Assembly: GCA_963760795.1 (NCBI GenBank)
Contig: CAVXEP010000032.1
Span: 224,001 to 288,000, forward strand
Source: an uncultured delta proteobacterium
Lineage (GTDB): Bacteria; Desulfobacterota; Binatia; UBA9968
Reading direction: 5' to 3'
Length of the DNA: 64,000 bases
The translations under genes and the position numbers were made by a program. Of the stretch, positions 1 to 9,004 are shown piece after piece. Below the pieces are notes generated by a model. It made no database searches. It had not been told where the DNA came from and was given only the letters and a program-made list of their open reading frames with translations. How positions within the stretch are numbered: the first letter of the stretch is position 1; each line of letters begins with the position of its first letter.

Positions 1-368
1 TAGCCTTGGCGGGGCCGGTGACGAATTTACTGCTAGCGTTGGGTTTCGTCATGATCTGGCGACTGTTCCTGCCGCAAAGCCGGGCGGATTTAGGAAACTC
101 AACCTTCTTGACTACGCTGGTGCTGATGGCCCAGGCCGGTTTATTGATCAATATCTCGTTGGCGGTTTTTAATATGTTCCCATTGCCACCGCTAGACGGT
201 GGCAGGGTGTTGGTCGGGCTTTTGCCGGAACCGTTGTCATCGAAAGTTGCCGGTATCGAGCGCTTTGGAATGTTGATTCTGATCGGTCTCCTGTATACGC
301 GCGTGATTGATCGATTCATCGACGCGCCAACGAACTTTTTGTTGAAACTGTATTTGGGAATTTTCTAA
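1..368 (+). CDS. Site-2 protease family (peptidase M50), 5'-truncated by window edge
   Basis: AGPVTN and FNMFPLPPLDGGRV motifs, hydrophobic segments; directly upstream of trpS. Confidence 0.9.
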   Translation, partial: ALAGPVTNLLLALGFVMIWRLFLPQSRADLGNSTFLTTLVLMAQAGLLINISLAVFNMFPLPPLDGGRVLVGLLPEPLSSKVAGIERFGMLILIGLLYTRVIDRFIDAPTNFLLKLYLGIF

Positions 369-378
369 TTGAGGAGAC

Positions 379-1356
379 ATGGACACCATCGTTAGCGGCA
401 TGCGGCCCACCGGACGGCTTCATCTTGGACATTATTTTGGCGCGTTGACCAATTGGCTCAAACTCCAAGAGCAATACCGTTGCTACTTTTTCGTTGCCGA
501 TTGGCACGCGCTGACGACCGATTATGCGACGCCGCAGGGGATCAATCAGAACACCATCGAGATGGTCATGGATTGGTTGAGCGTCGGCCTCGATCCGGCA
601 AAGGCGGTGGTGTTTCGCCAGTCGCGGGTGAAGGAGCATGCCGAGCTGCATCTGCTCTATTCGATGATCGTGCCGGTCCCTTGGCTTGAGCGCAACCCGA
701 CCTACAAAGATCAGCTCAAGGAGTTGGTCGGCAAGGATCTGTCGACCTATGGCTTTCTCGGTTATCCAGTGCTTCAGGCGGCCGATATTACGATGTACAA
801 GGCCAACAAGGTTCCCGTAGGTGTCGACCAGGCGCCCCATGTGGAGTTGACCCGCGAGATCGTGCGTCGTTTCAATCAGGTTTACACGCCGATCTTTCCT
901 GAGCCTGAGGTTCTGCTGACCGAGACCCAGAAGCTTCCAGGACTCGACGGGCGCAAGATGAGCAAGAGCTTCGGTAACGCGGTAATGCTCTCGGACACGC
1001 CCAAGGAGATCGATCAGAAGCTGAGCAAGATGATTACCGATCCGGCGCGAGTGCGGCGCAGCGATCCCGGCGAGCCGGAGAAGTGCCCGGCGTTTCAATT
1101 TCATAAAATCTATTCGACCCCGGAAGAAATCGCCGAGGTCACTCAAGGTTGCCGCACCGCAGGAATCGGCTGTCTCGATTGTAAAAAAATCATGATTAAA
1201 CATGTAGTGGCGCAGTTGGCGCCAATCGCGGAGAAACGCGCGGCGTTGGAGCAGCGGCCGAAGGATGTCGAAGATATTTTGCTCGCTGGCAACAGGGTCG
1301 CACAGCACAAGGCCGGCGAAACCATGACTGAAGTCAGAGAGGCCCTGGGACTGTGA
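379..1356 (+). CDS. trpS: Tryptophan--tRNA ligase
   Basis: SGMRPTGRLHLGH (HIGH), YPVLQAADI, VPVGVDQ and KMSKS motifs; GAGGAG RBS. Confidence 0.97.
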   Translation: MDTIVSGMRPTGRLHLGHYFGALTNWLKLQEQYRCYFFVADWHALTTDYATPQGINQNTIEMVMDWLSVGLDPAKAVVFRQSRVKEHAELHLLYSMIVPVPWLERNPTYKDQLKELVGKDLSTYGFLGYPVLQAADITMYKANKVPVGVDQAPHVELTREIVRRFNQVYTPIFPEPEVLLTETQKLPGLDGRKMSKSFGNAVMLSDTPKEIDQKLSKMITDPARVRRSDPGEPEKCPAFQFHKIYSTPEEIAEVTQGCRTAGIGCLDCKKIMIKHVVAQLAPIAEKRAALEQRPKDVEDILLAGNRVAQHKAGETMTEVREALGL

Positions 1357-2126
1357 GTACCCGCGTCGAATTGGAAATTTTCGAAGGCCCTCTGGACCTG
1401 CTGCTGCATCTGATCAAGAAAAATGAAGTCAGCATCACCGACATTCCGATCGCGACCATCACCGAGCAGTATTTAGCCACTCTCGACCTGTTGCAGACTT
1501 TGAGTCTGGATGTCGCCGGAGAGTTTTTGGTCATGGCCTCGACGTTGATCCACATCAAGTCGCGCATGCTGCTGCCGGCGGGGGACGACGGCGGCGACGA
1601 TGAGGATGAAGGGTTTGACCCGCGCGATGAATTGGTGCGCCGTCTGCTCGAATACCAGCGCTACAAGGAAGCGGCGCAAGATCTTGACCAGCGCGAGGTG
1701 TTGAGCCGCGACGTGTTCGCCCGTTCGGCTTCACCCACCGAAGAGGCCGGACCGCGCGGCTTCCGCGAGGTGTCGGTATTTGAACTGCTGGCGGCGTTGA
1801 AGCGCATTATCGACCGCTTGCCCAAGGATACTTTTCACGAGGTTACGCTGGAAAAGATCACGGTGCGCGAGAAGATGACCCATCTGCTCGATATCCTGCG
1901 GGCGCAGAGTTCGATCTTGTTCGAATCTCTTTTCGCCGAGGTCAGTTCGCGCATGGAGATCATCGTAACCTTTCTCGCTATGTTGGAGTTGGTCAAGGTC
2001 CGGGCGATTCGTATCGTTCAGGAGGAAATGGCCGGGCCGATCAAGATTGAGGCCGCGGCCGACATGGACGGCGTCGTTGAGAACGTAGTGCGCGATCAGT
2101 CTGAGGAAGATCCCTATGGAGCGTGA
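1353..2126 (+). CDS. scpA: Segregation and condensation protein A
   Basis: FEGPLDLLLHLI N-terminus and TFLAMLELVK C-terminus. Confidence 0.95.
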   Translation: MSTRVELEIFEGPLDLLLHLIKKNEVSITDIPIATITEQYLATLDLLQTLSLDVAGEFLVMASTLIHIKSRMLLPAGDDGGDDEDEGFDPRDELVRRLLEYQRYKEAAQDLDQREVLSRDVFARSASPTEEAGPRGFREVSVFELLAALKRIIDRLPKDTFHEVTLEKITVREKMTHLLDILRAQSSILFESLFAEVSSRMEIIVTFLAMLELVKVRAIRIVQEEMAGPIKIEAAADMDGVVENVVRDQSEEDPYGA

Positions 2127-2691
2127 GGAAGTCAAATCGATCTTGGAAAGTTTGCTGTTCGTCGCCGATGGGCCGCTGACCGTGCAGCGATTCTCCGAAG
2201 TGGTCGATGGCATCGACAAGGAGACGATTCACACCCTGCTTCAGGAACTGCAAAGCGATCTCGAAGCGCCGAGCCGCGGTTTGCAATTGGTTGAAGTGGC
2301 CGGCGGTTATCAACTGCGCACCGCCAAGATCAACGGCGAGTGGGTGAAAAAGCTTCTCGGCGGCCGGCCGGCGCGCATGGGCCGGGCGACCTTGGAGACC
2401 TTGGCGATTATCGCTTACCGCCAGCCGATCACCAAAGCGGAGATCGAAGCGATTCGCGGTGTCGATGTCGACGGCGTGATTACGACGCTCTTGGAGCGCA
2501 ATTTGATTCGCGCGGTGGCGCGCAAGGATGTGCCGGGGCGGCCGTTTCTGTATGGCACGACGGCGGAGTTCTTACAGTTGTTTAATCTCAACGACTTGAC
2601 CGATTTACCGACGCTCAAGGAAACTGACGAAATCTCGCTGCCGGAGATTTCCCGCGATACGATTCCGCTCGAACAGGCCGAAGAAAGTTAA
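2116..2691 (+). CDS. scpB: SMC-Scp complex subunit ScpB
   Basis: LETLAIIAYRQPITKAEIEAIRGV and GRPFLYGTT motifs. Confidence 0.96.
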   Translation: MEREEVKSILESLLFVADGPLTVQRFSEVVDGIDKETIHTLLQELQSDLEAPSRGLQLVEVAGGYQLRTAKINGEWVKKLLGGRPARMGRATLETLAIIAYRQPITKAEIEAIRGVDVDGVITTLLERNLIRAVARKDVPGRPFLYGTTAEFLQLFNLNDLTDLPTLKETDEISLPEISRDTIPLEQAEES

Positions 2692-2703
2692 GCGCTAACC
2701 GAG

Positions 2704-3570
2704 ATGGAACGGCTGCAAAAAATTATCGCGCGGGCGGGATTGGCTTCACGCCGGGAGGCGGAGCGCTGGATCGTCGAGGGACGCATCACGGTCAATGGGA
2801 CGGTGGTCGATAAGTTGGGTTCGCAAGCCGATCCCTTCAAAGACAGTATCAAGATCGATGGCAAGCGGGTGAAGTCGGCCGCGGAGCCGCTTTATTACGC
2901 GCTGCACAAACCGCCTGGCGTCATTACCACCTTGAACGATCCGCAGCACCGGCCGGACATCACGCCGTATGTCGCGCGCCTGGGCGAAAAAAAGCGGCTC
3001 TTTCCGGTGGGCCGCTTGGACTACAACACCACGGGGTTGTTGCTCTTGACCAATGACGGCGATCTGGCCATGCGCATTGCCCATCCCAGGTATGGTATTC
3101 CAAAGCTCTATCAGGTGAAGTTGAGCGCTTGTCCGACCGAGGACGATTTCGCGATTTTGCGCAAAGGCATCCGCTTGGAAGACGGCATGACCGCTCCGGC
3201 GCGGGTGCGGGTGATCGAGAAACTGCGTAAAAACGCCTGGGTCGAGATCGAAGTCCATGAGGGCAAGAAGCGCGAGGTGCGCCGGATGTTCGAAGCACTC
3301 AATTACTTCGTCGAGAAACTCATTCGCGTCAAGGTCGGACCGATTGAATTGGGCGCACTACCGGTCGGCGAGTTGCGGCCGTTGTATCAAAGCGAAGTGA
3401 CGGCGCTTAAAATTGCCGTTGGTCTGGCCAAGCCAGGTCGATCAGGCGTTGAGCGCCGCCCTGTGATCACGCCAAAAAAAAGCGGCGGCTTCAACAGCCG
3501 CCGCTCCACTTACTCGAATAAACCGCCGGCGTTTAGTGGCGCAAGGAACAGAACTCCTCGTAGTCGATAA
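2704..3570 (+). CDS. rluB: rRNA pseudouridine synthase (RluB/RsuA family, S4 domain)
   Basis: RLQKIIARAGLASRREAE S4 domain, PVGRLD catalytic motif, EGKKREVRRM; scpAB-rluB synteny. Confidence 0.85.
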   Translation: MERLQKIIARAGLASRREAERWIVEGRITVNGTVVDKLGSQADPFKDSIKIDGKRVKSAAEPLYYALHKPPGVITTLNDPQHRPDITPYVARLGEKKRLFPVGRLDYNTTGLLLLTNDGDLAMRIAHPRYGIPKLYQVKLSACPTEDDFAILRKGIRLEDGMTAPARVRVIEKLRKNAWVEIEVHEGKKREVRRMFEALNYFVEKLIRVKVGPIELGALPVGELRPLYQSEVTALKIAVGLAKPGRSGVERRPVITPKKSGGFNSRRSTYSNKPPAFSGARNRTPRSR

Positions 3571-4702
3571 GTTCCTTGATCGTCGGGTTGTCGCCGCACA
3601 TCGGACAGTTGGGATCGCGCCGCAGCTTAAGCGTGTTGATCTCCATGGTCAGAGTGTTGAAATGCAGCAGCCGGCCGACCAAGCTGTCGCCTTTGCCGAG
3701 AATTAGCTTCACCGCTTCCAACGCTTCAATAACGCCAATCAATCCGGGAAGCACACCTAGGACGCCGGCTTCGGCGCAGCTCGGCGCCATTTCCGCCGGA
3801 GGCGGCTCGGGGTACAAGCAGCGATAGCAGGGGCCTTTGCCCGGATAAAAAACCGTCGCCTGTCCCTCGAACTGAAATATACTGCCATGGACGTTAGGCT
3901 TGCCGGCGAGCACGCAAGCGTCATTGACGAGATAGCGCGTCGGAAAATTATCGCAACCGTCGAGCACCAGGTCATAGTCCTTCAAGATCTCCATGATATT
4001 CTCCGACGTGAGCTTGGCTTGATAGGGCACCACCTTCACATCGGGATTTAACCCTTCCAAAGTTTTCTTCGCCGACTCGACCTTGGGCATGCCGACGCGG
4101 TCGTTGGCGTGCAGGATCTGCCGCTGCAAGTTGGAAATATCGACCACGTCGTTGTCGATAATACCGAGAGTGCCAACACCAGCCGCCGCAAGATAGTAAG
4201 CTGCAGGCGAGCCCAGGCCGCCGGCGCCAACCAGCAAGACTTTTGCTTGGAGCAATTTAGCCTGGCCGTCTTCGCCGACTTCCGGCAGGAGAAAATGGCG
4301 GCTGTATCGGATCAGTTGCTCTGGCGTATACTGAAAGTCTTGCACCCACTTGAAGCCGCCGTTCTTCCAGGCGCCGTAACCACCGGCCATGGAAGTGACG
4401 TTTTGATAGCCCATCTCACGCATGACTTTGGCGGCCAATAGCGAGCGCACGCCGCCGGCACAATAGGCGACGATCGGCGTGTTCTTGTCGGGAATGGCGG
4501 TTTCGACTTTGATTTCGAGAAAGCCGCGGGGCAATGGAATCGCTCCCTCCAGATGACCCTGGCGCCACTCGTCGCTCTCACGAACATCAAGTAAAACCGG
4601 CGACTTGCCGTTGTTTTTCAACAGTTCGCTGACTTGCTGTGGCGACGCTTCGGGGATCTCCTTGCGCGCCTCGGCCATGATATCTTGAAAACTCTTGGCC
4701 AT
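3533..4702 (-). CDS. moeB: Rhodanese-ThiF/MoeB fusion (MoeZ/MoeB-like adenylyltransferase/sulfurtransferase)
   Basis: N-terminal rhodanese (YCAGGVRS), RYSRH, GAGGLGSP, SNLQRQ, CYRC and CPMC Zn motifs. Confidence 0.9.
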   Translation of the reverse strand: MAKSFQDIMAEARKEIPEASPQQVSELLKNNGKSPVLLDVRESDEWRQGHLEGAIPLPRGFLEIKVETAIPDKNTPIVAYCAGGVRSLLAAKVMREMGYQNVTSMAGGYGAWKNGGFKWVQDFQYTPEQLIRYSRHFLLPEVGEDGQAKLLQAKVLLVGAGGLGSPAAYYLAAAGVGTLGIIDNDVVDISNLQRQILHANDRVGMPKVESAKKTLEGLNPDVKVVPYQAKLTSENIMEILKDYDLVLDGCDNFPTRYLVNDACVLAGKPNVHGSIFQFEGQATVFYPGKGPCYRCLYPEPPPAEMAPSCAEAGVLGVLPGLIGVIEALEAVKLILGKGDSLVGRLLHFNTLTMEINTLKLRRDPNCPMCGDNPTIKELIDYEEFCSLRH

Positions 4703-4965
4703 GTTTCCTCCTAGATGGACCTTAGAGGTCTAAGTTATGTCTCGGTATGCTCAAAGTCAAGGTCGTGTGTTCGTGCGGCAGGCGCAATTCCATTTTGACG
4801 CCGTGACAATCTTTGACAAATAAAGTCGTTACCATGCCTTCGTTAGATTCTTGTAAGAGCGCGATGTAGTCCAAGCGCTAGTTCATGTGTCGCCGCAAAA
4901 TTTAATGAATGTGAAAGTAACCGGAAAGGGTTTCCACCGTCAAGCCGTCTAGCCTCTCAGGGTTG

Positions 4966-5241
4966 TCAGGGTGCACTACTCTGACGCGCGAAGCCGCTTC
5001 TCTCTAATTGACGGGCGCAGGCCTCGACGGTGTCGGCAAGCATATCGCGATCGGCCCGGCCCAGATCGCGGGCTTCACAGTTAAGCGTGGTGTTGGTCTG
5101 GGCATTGAACATTTTGATCGACAGCGGGCGCTGTCCGACGGCACAGCCATGGAGTAGGGTTAGGAAAATTACCAGTGCAGCCGGGAAAAAAATCGCCGTG
5201 AGCCTGGTTTGTGGTCTTTGCCGCGCTGTTTTTCGTTTCAT
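4966..5241 (-). CDS. Putative small lipoprotein
   Basis: Basic N-terminus, hydrophobic stretch, LHGC lipobox-like motif, two further Cys. Confidence 0.55.
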   Translation of the reverse strand: MKRKTARQRPQTRLTAIFFPAALVIFLTLLHGCAVGQRPLSIKMFNAQTNTTLNCEARDLGRADRDMLADTVEACARQLERSGFARQSSAP

Positions 5242-5353
5242 AAAGTCGCAATCACGCCTCGCTGGCTGAATGTCGCCGCCTCGAGTGACCCGCGTTCGCC
5301 ATTGATGGTAACAAATAGCCGAGCCAACGACAAAACAACACTGGCTTTCGCCA

Positions 5354-5402
5354 AGAAAACCTATTCGCCCCCGTAGCTCAGGTGGATAGAGCGCAGGATT
5401 CC
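5354..5402 (+). repeat. 5'-half copy of tRNA-Arg(CCT) plus 13-nt leader (att-like direct repeat)
   Basis: 48/49 identical to 7932-7980; identity ends in the anticodon loop (TTCCCAA vs TTCCTAA). Confidence 0.9.
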
Positions 5403-6023
5403 CAAGAAAGTTCAGCCGTCCAACTCGGTTAACTTCCGTTCAAGTCAGCTAGGAAATACGATTTGTGTTAATGCATTTCAGTTGAAGTGCCATTGGCACG
5501 GCGGTTGGCACAAAGGGCTGATGCTATCACAGCTACTTGTGTCGCTATGTCGCGCCGCAGCGAAGTCGAACGGAACCGCCAGCAAGCCTATGGCAGAGCC
5601 GCGAAGACGCCAAGCCGGACTTACTCGGCTGCGTTTGCTCATATCCCGCTATTCCTTAATCTCCAGCACCATCGTCGCCACGTTCTTATTGACGGCAATG
5701 AACGGGCTTCCCATTTCTCGTTAGGATCGGGTCAGGCCTCTACCCTCGTCTTAATCAGTGCAAGGACCTGAACTTCTCATTTGTTTAGTAGGTCAGACAG
5801 GTGGGAACTATAGCCAACCTCGCCAGCCATCGGGAAGAACAGCGTCCGGCGAATCTTGTAGGTGTCAGTGAGTAACTTAACGTCAACTCGTTTGCACTTA
5901 GAGGTGCCTGGGCCATGGTGCCGCATTATTGCTGCGTTGGACTGGCTACAAGTGGTGGCACGCATATCGCCGCCCGCACCGGCGAGTCAACTTGTGCTAT
6001 GAGACGACTGAAACACCGGAGAA

Positions 6024-7559
6024 TTAACCCTCGATGAGGCGCGTGCTGGCTATGCTTTTGGTTACGTTTCTTTCACGGCATCCAACCGTCTGAACGAAAT
6101 CTGTAGCTTGTATCGCCTGCCCATTAAAAGTCTCTCCTGAGATTGAAACGCTGCTATCGCCGCATTGGATACCACTTTGCGAAATGTTGAAACGCAGAAT
6201 CAAGTCATCGAGACCGTCTCCATTAACATCCCTAAAACGCCCCTTTCCATCGATATCTGAAACCTGATTAGGTCCGAATCTCACAGTCTCTGGATCAATT
6301 GCGCGAGCGTCAAAACTTGTGGAGCTAAGGATGGCGACAGGACTATCGCTTCTGCTTGGATTGACCGTATTGGCAGGGTCGTTGGGTTGAAAATCGAGAG
6401 CAACATTCAAGGGGCCAGTCTGAAACTCGACCGCGCCGATGTCGCAGGTTGCCACGCGGAAAAAGCCAAGCTGATCGGTCTGTGGACAGGCGGCTGAATT
6501 ACCTGCGCCGATCGCCGGACTGTCGGAGAGGAGCGGGAAATATCCAAGCCCCGGTTCGCCGTTGTCGGTAAAGGGACCCAATTTTGGATCACCGATGAAA
6601 TCGGTTGGCTGTAGTTCAACAGTGCAGCCAATGAGGTCGTCGAATAAGTTGTTGCCTAGCGAGGTAATTTCACCGTCGCAATTGGGCCCTCCAACGAAAG
6701 GGGCACTGGAAGTATTTTTTGCCAGGATCGTGTTTTGTAGGATCATTGAGTCGTTGTTTTGAACGTCATTGGCTATGCCGCCAGTACGGGGGAAAGCTAT
6801 AGCGGTGAACGACAAATTTTCCGCAATCGTGCCATTGGTGATACGAACAAGCCCAAGTATATTGCGAATGCCGCCGACACCAATCCCAGAATTGTTAGCA
6901 ATCGTCGTATTTATAATGGTCATTTCTCCGCTGGAGTTTAAAATACCGCCCGTGCGATCGCCGATATTGTTGGTTATGGTCGTATCCCTTATGGTTACAA
7001 GACCAGTGTCATTACTTATGCCTCCTACATGATGAAATCCACTGTTGCGGGCGACGCTGCTACCGGTAATAGTTAAAGTACCATGATTCGCGATACCGGC
7101 GCCGCCGAATTCATCAGCCGTGTTTCTTTCTATCACGCTGTTCGTTACGGTCGCCGTACCAAGATTGAATAGTCCAGCACCGCCACGTAAGGTATCGCCT
7201 TGCGTAAGAACCAGCGCATCGAGAGTAACTATTGCGCCAACCGCGACGTGAAAGATACGGAAGCGAGGCGCGTTGACATCCCTCTGTATTACGGCTTCCC
7301 CTGGTGAGCCACCACGGATCGTCAATTTCCCCGTTATAATCGGTAAACCATTTGGGCCATCGTTGTCGTTATCGACCTGCGTCAATGTATAGGTTCCAGG
7401 ATCGAGAAGTATCGTGTGCGGTCCCACCTTGAGATTGGCTTTGTTGATGGCTGCGATTAAGCAAGTCACATTACCCGATGAGCAGTGGAATTTAGCGGCG
7501 TGGAGCGGCGCCGACACTCCAAATATCAGTATGATTATGGCGAGAGTGAATACAGTCAT
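6024..7559 (-). CDS. Secreted beta-helix protein (polymorphic-membrane/choice-of-anchor-Q-like) with C-terminal DVNGDG Ca-binding-like domain
   Basis: Signal peptide, GGGI-N repeats, SPAIGAG...CPQTDQLG...CDIGAVE motif, PVAILSS...FDA...DVNGDGLDDLILRF tail. Confidence 0.75.
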   Translation of the reverse strand: MTVFTLAIIILIFGVSAPLHAAKFHCSSGNVTCLIAAINKANLKVGPHTILLDPGTYTLTQVDNDNDGPNGLPIITGKLTIRGGSPGEAVIQRDVNAPRFRIFHVAVGAIVTLDALVLTQGDTLRGGAGLFNLGTATVTNSVIERNTADEFGGAGIANHGTLTITGSSVARNSGFHHVGGISNDTGLVTIRDTTITNNIGDRTGGILNSSGEMTIINTTIANNSGIGVGGIRNILGLVRITNGTIAENLSFTAIAFPRTGGIANDVQNNDSMILQNTILAKNTSSAPFVGGPNCDGEITSLGNNLFDDLIGCTVELQPTDFIGDPKLGPFTDNGEPGLGYFPLLSDSPAIGAGNSAACPQTDQLGFFRVATCDIGAVEFQTGPLNVALDFQPNDPANTVNPSRSDSPVAILSSTSFDARAIDPETVRFGPNQVSDIDGKGRFRDVNGDGLDDLILRFNISQSGIQCGDSSVSISGETFNGQAIQATDFVQTVGCRERNVTKSIASTRLIEG

Positions 7560-7944
7560 ACTTTACCCTCCGGTCCTTACTGAATGATTGAACCGCGAGC
7601 CATATCGTAGGGCCGCCAGGGAGTCAACCTATTTATGACTTAGGAAGAAACGCCGTCATGGACAGCCAAACCGCATCGAACCTACTGCAAACGGCTAAAG
7701 ATCGTTGCCGCACCGAAAGCTCGATGCACCACAAACCCATGCTGCGCGTGATACTCTTGAAGCGCGTGCCAGCGTCAAGTGGCCAGTTCCGTGAAGCGCT
7801 AAAGAATAAGCCCGGTTAAGGCTGGGAAATTGAGGGGCGCCGTCACCCTAAGGAAACGCTGGCGTGAAATTGGTTGACACAATCGGCACAGGGCCGAGGA
7901 TGGTAGAAAAATTACGTAGCTGATATATAACAGAAAACCTATCC

Positions 7945-8018
7945 GCCCCCGTAGCTCAGGTGGATAGAGCGCAGGATTCCTAATCCTGAGGCCGCGCGTT
8001 CGAATCGCGCCGGGGGCA
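7945..8018 (+). tRNA. tRNA-Arg(CCT), CCA not encoded
   Basis: GCCCCCG/CGGGGGC acceptor stem, D-arm AGCTCAGGTGGATAGAGC, CAGGA-TTCCTAA-TCCTG anticodon arm, GTTCGAATC T-loop. Confidence 0.97.
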
Positions 8019-8038
8019 TTTTTAAGCAGTCGGAATGT

Positions 8039-8076
8039 AAGGGGAAAGCTGGAAACGGTTTTCCCTTTTTCTTTTT
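8039..8076 (+). terminator. Intrinsic terminator after tRNA-Arg
   Basis: AAGGGGAAAGCTG-GAAA-CGGTTTTCCCTT hairpin followed by T-tract. Confidence 0.75.
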
Positions 8077-8086
8077 CAAGTTCACC

Positions 8087-8112
8087 AAGGTCAACAAAAG
8101 GTCAACATGACG
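8087..8112 (+). repeat. Tandem AAGGTCAACA pair (putative integrase arm-type site, left)
   Basis: 25/26 identical to 20571-20596; a related pair CAAGTCAACA at 8245-8266. Confidence 0.7.
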
Positions 8113-8291
8113 GTGCGTCGGGGTTTCGCATCGACGCACTTGCTCGCCTTGGCCATGATCCGCGATTCTTACTCGCGAACCGACCCAGGATTGTCAATGC
8201 TGCGCTTGAAAAAAACTCTTGTGATTTCTGCAAGTTGAAAAGAGCAAGTCAACATCAAGTCAACAGAGTACAAAACGGTGTTGAGACAAGC

Positions 8292-8744
8292 ATGAACCCA
8301 GCACAGAACGGCAAGACAAAGCCCCGGACCTACTCGAAGCATGGCCTTACTACCTTGAAGCGAGCCGTTAACGGGCTTGGTAACCGTGTGATCGACAAGA
8401 GGACGGCAACGGGCAAAGCCTTGGCTAAATGGCGCGCTGACTTGATTGAGGATCTCGGCGGCGACGACACCATTAGTACCCAACGAGTGGCGCTCATAGA
8501 TCTTGCCGTCAAATCCAAGCTTCTGTTGGATAGCATCGACACATGGTTACTCACCCAACCAACGCTTGTGAATGTCCGCAAGCGCTCGCTCATCCCGATC
8601 GTGCTTCAACGCCAGACCCTAGCCGATGGACTGGCGCGCTATCTGACACAGCTCGGCCTTGAGCGCCGGCACAAAGTCAAAACCATCACCGATCTACTCA
8701 ACGGCCATGATGAAACCAGGCCGGAGACCGAGACAAGGCAATGA
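8292..8744 (+). CDS. Putative terminase small subunit-like protein
   Basis: KHGL N-terminal motif, helical body, LTQLGLERR C-terminus; lies two genes upstream of TerL. Confidence 0.5.
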   Translation: MNPAQNGKTKPRTYSKHGLTTLKRAVNGLGNRVIDKRTATGKALAKWRADLIEDLGGDDTISTQRVALIDLAVKSKLLLDSIDTWLLTQPTLVNVRKRSLIPIVLQRQTLADGLARYLTQLGLERRHKVKTITDLLNGHDETRPETETRQ

Positions 8745-9004
8745 CCATGCTCGCGACTGAGCCTGTCACAAGCGCAGAGCACGTAGCGTGCGCCAGAACT
8801 GCGTTAACGGCACCAGACAGCCACTCTCACGCGTGTGCTAATCCTTTCTGCAAGGCTTCAATGGGTGAGGCATCGCCACAGGGGAAGCATCGCCTTTATT
8901 GCTGTGACCGTTGCCGGCTGGATGCCTACGCACTGCGGCGGGCTAGAGCTCTGCTAAATCAATTCGGCATAGTTCGATTTCACAGTCTCTTGGATCAAGT
9001 ATGA
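8741..9004 (+). CDS. Small zinc-finger protein
   Basis: CANPFC...YCCDRCR motif; overlaps neighbours by 4 nt. Confidence 0.6.
   Translation: MTMLATEPVTSAEHVACARTALTAPDSHSHACANPFCKASMGEASPQGKHRLYCCDRCRLDAYALRRARALLNQFGIVRFHSLLDQV

Noticed and set aside
5367-5440. Second intact tRNA or intron-containing tRNA
   Set aside because: Only the 5' half is present; no T-arm or acceptor 3' strand follows nearby, and a complete tRNA exists at 7945
7939-8139. ORFs containing MPPARFERAASGLG (also 20596-20887, 21294-21500)
   Set aside because: Translations of the tRNA and att copies, not proteins
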